From the IMG/VR virus record IMGVR_UViG_3300021365_000003: a stretch of 64,000 nt of DNA, one strand, 5' to 3'. The notes under the pieces were generated by a model, which was not told where the DNA came from, did no database searches, and saw nothing but the letters and a program-made list of their open reading frames with translations. This document shows positions 58,861 to 64,000 of the stretch, piece after piece (the first letter of the stretch is position 1; the number at the start of each line of letters is the position of its first letter). A program made the translations under genes and the position numbers. This DNA is from a virus.

Positions 58861-59226
58861 ATGGTAAAGATCCAACAGAAAGAATACTTTGAACAGAAAG
58901 CACTGGAACTTGAGGAACTTATCTCAGGGTTGTATCCAGAGCTATACACAGAACCAAGGATCGATCCAGACGAAGGAACTGTAGCATTACAGGCAGAACT
59001 ACGTATTCCGCACTTTGAAGGAACGTTCTTTGTTGAGTGGGTGTATTATGTCAATGAAGAGGACAAAGACTTTGCTTACGAGTGTGTAATCTTTACCACC
59101 GAAGGGGAAGAGCTTGGGTTGGTGTATTCAGACAGCCCAATGAAGGCAGCAACAGAATGTGCTCAGGAGGTGCAGAAAATGCTTCTTGAAACAAGTGGCT
59201 GGCTGTCTTCAGTCTTTCTTGAATAA
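58861..59226 (+). CDS. Acidic hypothetical protein
   Basis: 121 aa; ACTATTTA upstream. Confidence 0.6.
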   Translation: MVKIQQKEYFEQKALELEELISGLYPELYTEPRIDPDEGTVALQAELRIPHFEGTFFVEWVYYVNEEDKDFAYECVIFTTEGEELGLVYSDSPMKAATECAQEVQKMLLETSGWLSSVFLE

Positions 59227-59259
59227 AAGCCCTCCCCGATCCGATTTTTTCGATTTTAT

Positions 59260-59289
59260 GTGGATAAGATCCTCCGCTCGATCGTCTAA
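59260..59289 (+). repeat. 30-bp element, copy 10
   Basis: Identical core to copy 9. Confidence 0.92.
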
Positions 59290-59364
59290 CTAATGAACCG
59301 GCGGCGCTCGTCTTACACTGCGAGCGGTTAGCCATTTATAATTACTCTCTAAAGGAGAAAGTGT

Positions 59365-60504
59365 ATGACTGTACAATTTGATTTTACTTCTGCTCTTCCG
59401 CTTATCAACAGCATTCTCGACGTGAAACTTCCCGTTATGGTCCGAGGTCGTCACGGTGTCGGAAAGTCGGAGGTTGCATACATGATCGGTCGTGAAAGAA
59501 AACTTCCTGTTGTGGAGATTCGTGCTTCACAGCTTGCCGACGTTGGTGATCTTGTGGGACTTCCTATTGTTTCTGAAACATCGGAGTATACCAAGTTCAG
59601 CCCAACTGAAAGGCTTTGGATTGCGTGTGATCGTCCGGTGCTTCTATTCTTGGATGAGGTAGACCGTGGAACGGATGACATTACTCAGGCATTCATGGAA
59701 CTCACAGATAGTAGAAAGATTGCTGGGCAACATCTACACCCTGAAACTTTGATTATTGCTGCAACAAACGGCGGCGATCGTGAAGGTGCTGATCAATACA
59801 GTGTGCGAGACTTTGATCCTGCTGTAATGGATAGGTGGGTATGCTATGATGTTGAACCATCTGTTCAGGATTGGATCCAATGGGCAACTGATGGAAACAT
59901 CAACAAGATGATCACCGAGTTCGTACAAAAGAATACTAGCACATCCGGTGTGTGTGTATTCTTGGAGAACTTGGGAGATTTCCAACCTAACAAAGTATAC
60001 CCTTCTCGACGTTCTTGGAAGCGCTTCAATGATTGCCTTGAAGCAGCCGGTCTAATGAAGAAAGATAGTTTTGACATTTCAGTCATTCACAATCTAGGAG
60101 TAGGCTTTATTGGTGTTGAGGCGGCGGTTGGGTTTATGTCCTTCTTGGAAAACTACAAGTTTGATGTAAGCCTGGATGATATCCTCCTTGGAAAGAAAAC
60201 ACCAGACTTCAATGCTTGGGACGCTGTTGATCATACTCGCTATACATCACAAGCTGTTTCTTTGGGTTGGTTCTCTGACTGGTCAAAGTCCAATCCTGAT
60301 GAAAAAGAGGTGACTCGTGTTGCAAAGCGTGTTGCAAAGTGGATGGCTTCTGATACTTTCCCGGCAGACAACTCTGTAACCTTCTTCAAGGAGATTGTTA
60401 CGAGCACAAAGGAAGGAAAGGTATTCCACAAGTACTGTGGTAAGGCCCTCAACCAACTGTTTGTGCACTCCAACAGGACAGACAATGAGATCAATCAGTC
60501 TTAG
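59365..60504 (+). CDS. MoxR-type AAA+ ATPase
   Basis: Walker A GRHGVGKS, DLVGLP, Walker B LFLDEVDR, AATN, DPA..DRW and PSRRSW motifs. Confidence 0.9.
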   Translation: MTVQFDFTSALPLINSILDVKLPVMVRGRHGVGKSEVAYMIGRERKLPVVEIRASQLADVGDLVGLPIVSETSEYTKFSPTERLWIACDRPVLLFLDEVDRGTDDITQAFMELTDSRKIAGQHLHPETLIIAATNGGDREGADQYSVRDFDPAVMDRWVCYDVEPSVQDWIQWATDGNINKMITEFVQKNTSTSGVCVFLENLGDFQPNKVYPSRRSWKRFNDCLEAAGLMKKDSFDISVIHNLGVGFIGVEAAVGFMSFLENYKFDVSLDDILLGKKTPDFNAWDAVDHTRYTSQAVSLGWFSDWSKSNPDEKEVTRVAKRVAKWMASDTFPADNSVTFFKEIVTSTKEGKVFHKYCGKALNQLFVHSNRTDNEINQS

Positions 60505-60558
60505 TAAGCACGTCTAGTAATTAAGAACTCCGTCAATACAAAGAATCCAGCTAAGATA

Positions 60559-61794
60559 ATGTCATATACACGCAAAGAATTCAACAAAGACCTTTTCGCA
60601 ACTGTAAAGAACGAAGTGTTCTTGGCACATTGCGTTGCGCAAATTGCTCGCACACCTACAAACGATCTGCCAACAGCGGCGATTGGCTACCACAAAGAAA
60701 AGAACAAGTTCACTATGTGGTACAACCCTGAGTTTATGGGTGGGTTGTCGGCAAAGCATCGTCGAGGTGTTATTCTTCATGAGTTGTTTCATTTCATCAA
60801 CCAGCACATTACGACTCGGCTGCCAGAACCAAAGTATATGAAGATTTGGAACTATGCAACCGACCTTGCGATCAATGATCATATCAGTCATCTATTGCCG
60901 GAGTTCTGCTTAGTTCCGGGGCGTGGTCCTTTCTCGGATCTTGAGAAGTTCCCACACAATAAAACTGCTGACTTCTACTTTGAGATCCTGAAAGAAAACC
61001 AGGACAAGCTAGAAGAGAAGATCAAAGAAATGATGAAGGAGGCAGAATCGCAGGCTTCTGAAGATGGTGAAGGCGCAAGTGGAAACTCGTTCTTTGATAA
61101 TCATGATGAATGGCTTTCCGATCCCAGTGAAGCAGCAGGTGGATCACAAGAAATCGCAGAGCAGAAGGCAAAGCAGATTTTGCAAAAAGCTACAAATGAA
61201 GCTACAAAGGCTGCTAGTTGGGGAATGGTGTCTGCTGAAATGCGAAAGAAGATCATTGAGGCATTGACACCACAAATCAATTGGAAGTCTGTTCTGCGCC
61301 AGTTCATTCAGTCTTCGCAAAAAGCAAACAAGCGAAACTCGGTAATGAAGATCAATCGGCGTAAGCCATACATTCGACCGGGACGGCGACAAAACTATGT
61401 TGCAAACATTGCCGTGGCTGTGGATATGTCAGGCTCGGTAGATGAAAAACTTCTCACTAGTTTCTTTGCTGAACTTGATGGACTTGCAAAGTATGCGACT
61501 TTCACTGTTGCGCCATTTGATACTAAGGTTCTTGACGAGCATGTTTATGTTCATGAAAAAGGAAAGAAAGGCCCAAAGGAAAGGGTGTATTGCGGTGGAA
61601 CTGACTTTAGAGCGCCCACAGAGTATGTGAATGAGCGCAAAGAGTTTGACGCATTGATTGTTCTCACTGACTTGTGTGCTCCGGCCCCTGGATCTTGTCG
61701 GGTAAAGCGAATGTGGCTGACGAATGAAGCAAATGCCGAACGGCCAGCATTTGATCCAAAGTCAGTCAATGAGCGCCTGCTAGTTGTAAAGTGA
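60559..61794 (+). CDS. DUF2201-type metallopeptidase + VWA domain protein
   Basis: HELFH, WNYATDLAIN, MIDAS-like VDMSGS, GGTDF and LTD motifs. Confidence 0.88.
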   Translation: MSYTRKEFNKDLFATVKNEVFLAHCVAQIARTPTNDLPTAAIGYHKEKNKFTMWYNPEFMGGLSAKHRRGVILHELFHFINQHITTRLPEPKYMKIWNYATDLAINDHISHLLPEFCLVPGRGPFSDLEKFPHNKTADFYFEILKENQDKLEEKIKEMMKEAESQASEDGEGASGNSFFDNHDEWLSDPSEAAGGSQEIAEQKAKQILQKATNEATKAASWGMVSAEMRKKIIEALTPQINWKSVLRQFIQSSQKANKRNSVMKINRRKPYIRPGRRQNYVANIAVAVDMSGSVDEKLLTSFFAELDGLAKYATFTVAPFDTKVLDEHVYVHEKGKKGPKERVYCGGTDFRAPTEYVNERKEFDALIVLTDLCAPAPGSCRVKRMWLTNEANAERPAFDPKSVNERLLVVK

Positions 61795-62102
61795 GGTTGG
61801 AACAAATGCGTCATCAACTTGGGAGCTTAGTTGTGAGGAAAGTCAATGTTCGCATAGACTGTGAGGAGTGTGGTCCAAGTTATGTTCCATGTTCTCTGGT
61901 TTCACTGATACTAGACAACCAAGTTCGACATTCAGGCCGAGGTGTCAAGTTGGAGTTAGAACCTCTATACTTTCAAACATTTCCGACTCCAAAAGAAACT
62001 GAAAGCATCCCGCATAGTCAAGAGTGGCTTTTAGACTATTACACAAAACCTATCAACCGATTCACGTCAAGAGGATCGCTACACAAGTTCCAAGATGTAT
62101 GA
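61791..62102 (+). CDS. Hypothetical protein leading array 3
   Basis: LGSLVV and CxxC; ATGA overlap with the first array gene. Confidence 0.55.
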   Translation: MRLEQMRHQLGSLVVRKVNVRIDCEECGPSYVPCSLVSLILDNQVRHSGRGVKLELEPLYFQTFPTPKETESIPHSQEWLLDYYTKPINRFTSRGSLHKFQDV

Positions 62103-64000
62103 ATAAACCTGAATGTAAAACTTATCCCAGCGGAAACAAACATTGGTTCCTAAACGGAAAGCGCCACCGTGAAGATGGCCCGGCTATTGAGAGGGCCAAC
62201 GGAACCAAAGAATGGTTTCTAAACGGAGAACACCACCGTGAAGATGGCCCGGCTGTTGAGTATGCCAACGGAAGCAAAGCGTGGTGGCTAAACGACAAGC
62301 TTCACCGTGAAGATGGCCCGGCTGTTGAGTATGCCAACGGGCGCAAAGGGTGGTATCTAAACGGAAAGCGCCACCGTGAAGATGGTCCGGCTTGTGAGGA
62401 TACCAACGGATACAAAGAATGGCTTCTAAACGACGAAGAAGTTGATCCGGAAACCATTGTGGATCTATGGCTGGCAAAGAACATCTACTGCTTTTACAAC
62501 GTTGAAACTGATTGCTTAGAGTTTGAGTAAAGATGAATAAACCTGAATGTGAAACTTATCCCAACGGACACAAAGCGTGGTATCTAAACGGAAAGCGTCA
62601 CCGTGAAGATGGTCCGGCTTGTGAGTATCCCAGCGGAACCAAAGTGTGGTGTCTAAACGGAAAGCGCCACCGTGAAGATGGCCCTGCTTGTGAGAATGCC
62701 AGCGGAGACAAAGAATGGTATCTAAACGACAAGCTTCACCGTGAAGATGGTCCGGCTGTTGAGTGGGCCAACGGAACCAAAGAGTGGTGGCTAAACGACG
62801 AAGAAGTCGATCCGGAAACTATTGTGGATCTATGGCTCGCAAAAAACATCTACTGTTTTTACAACCGTGAAACAAACAGTTTAGAGTTTGAGTAAATGAA
62901 TAAACCTGAATGTAAAACTTATCCCAACGGAACCAAAGCGTGGTATCTAAACGGAAAGCGTCACCGTGAAGATGGCCCTGCTTGTGAGTATTCCAACGGA
63001 AACAAAGAATGGTTCCTAAACGGAAAGCTTCACCGTGAAGATGGCCCAGCTGTTGAGTGGGCCAACGGAGGCAAAGAATGGCGGCTAAACGGAAAGCTTC
63101 ACCGTGAAGATGGCCCTGCTGCTGAGTATGCCAACGGAACCAAATATTGGTATCTAAACGGCAAGCTTCACCGTGAAGATGGCCCTGCTGTTGAGTATAC
63201 CAACGGAACCAAATATTGGTGTCTAAACAACAAAGAAGTCAATCCAGAAACCATTGTGGATCTATGGCTGGCAAGGAACATCTACTGCTTTTACAACCCT
63301 GAAACAAACAGTTTGGAGTTTGAGTAAATGAATAAACCTGAATGTAAAACTTATCCCAACGGAGACAAAGTGTGGTATCTAAACGGTAAGCATCACCGTG
63401 AAGATGGCCCGGCTATTGAGTGGGCCAACGGAGACAAAGTGTGGTATCTAAACGGTAAGCATCACCGTGAAGATGGTCCGGCTGTTGAGGATGCCAACGG
63501 AAACAAAGTGTGGTACCTAAACGGCAAGCTTCACCGTGAAGATGGTCCGGCTGTTGAGAGGGCCAGCGGACACAAAGAATGGTTCCTAAACGGAAAGCTT
63601 CACCGTGAAGATGGCCCGGCTTGTGAGAGGGCCAACGGAAACAAAGAATGGTATCTAAACCACGAAGAAGCCGATCCAGAAACCATTGTGGATCTATGGC
63701 TGGCAAGGAACATCTACTGCTTTTACAACCCTGAAACAAACAGTTTGGAGTTTGAGTAAATGAATAAACCTGAATGTACAACTTATCCCAACGGACACAA
63801 AGACTGGTATCTAAACGGCAAGCTTCACCGTGAAGATGGTCCGGCTGTTGAGTGGGCCAACGGAACCAAAGAATGGCGGCTAAACGGAAAGCGCCACCGT
63901 GAAGATGGCCCGGCTGTTGAGTGGGCCAACGGAAACAAAGAATGGCGGCTAAACGGAAAGCGCCACCGTGAAGATGGTCCGGCTTGCGAGTGGGCCAACG
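62099..64000 (+). repeat. HREDGPA-repeat gene array 3: 62099..62530 (4 repeats), 62533..62895 (3), 62896..63327 (4), 63328..63759 (4), 63760..>64000 (at least 3, truncated by window end)
   Basis: Same architecture as arrays 1 and 2; continues past the window. Confidence 0.95.

Noticed and set aside
12653-59289. 30-bp element as a dif/Xer site, integron attC or CRISPR repeat
   Set aside because: It lacks a XerD arm, attC-type inverted symmetry and regular spacing, and no integrase was seen in the window. Its asymmetry and uniform orientation fit a directional regulatory site better.
49342-63781. Minus-strand ORFs over the arrays (GHLHGEACRL... and AGPSSRW... repeats)
   Set aside because: These are antisense shadows of the repetitive + strand genes, with no independent initiation signals.
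49045-64000. Diversity-generating retroelement as the source of repeat variation
   Set aside because: NNC/NNT codons are suggestive. However, adenines in AAA, CTA and GAA GAT (including synonymous sites) stay essentially fixed, C/T and G/T synonymous changes occur (GGC/GGT, CCG/CCT), and there is no reverse transcriptase or non-coding template repeat in the window. One outside the window cannot be excluded.
49045-64000. CRISPR array
   Set aside because: The 69-bp units are in-frame coding repeats whose intervening parts are homologous to each other rather than unique spacers; no cas genes are present.
1-64000. Stop-codon reassignment
   Set aside because: Conserved genes (dnaE, groEL, nrdJ, helicase) read full length in the standard code, and TAA, TAG and TGA all terminate genes.

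Overview
This 64-kb window is part of a large, probably lytic myovirus (T4-like/jumbo-type) genome, and essentially all credible genes lie on the + strand. From left to right it holds: a contractile-tail module (sheath, tube, gp26/gp51-like pair, tape measure, baseplate; 1-9.5 kb); a replication/recombination and nucleotide-metabolism block (minimal family-A polymerase, degenerate tubulin/FtsZ-like protein, gp32-like SSB, RecA/UvsX, deaminase, 5'-3' exonuclease, DnaB-like helicase, class II RNR, GroES, ThyX, methyltransferases, an R-M-like pair, tRNA-Thr(UGU), DnaE, PurA, dUTPase, IMPDH/GMPR; 10-36 kb); proteostasis genes and probable late/virion proteins (ClpP, GroEL, Hsp20; 36-48 kb); and an accessory region (48-64 kb). 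Three things stand out. (1) There are three tandem arrays holding 15 near-identical small genes, plus one solo relative 15 kb away. Each array gene is constant N-cap + 2-5 copies of a 23-aa HREDGPA repeat + constant C-cap, hypervariable at alternating positions, which suggests a recombination-driven library of binding proteins. (2) A fixed-length 30-bp intergenic element occurs 10 times in one orientation. Nine copies start with a perfect DnaA box (TGTGGATAA), and two copies bracket the R-M cassette as a 47-bp direct repeat. (3) An ORF-free ~200-nt region near 58.1-58.3 kb ends in a tRNA-like domain whose expanded anticodon loop can pair with upstream sequence. All protein assignments come from motif recognition by eye; no database searches were run.
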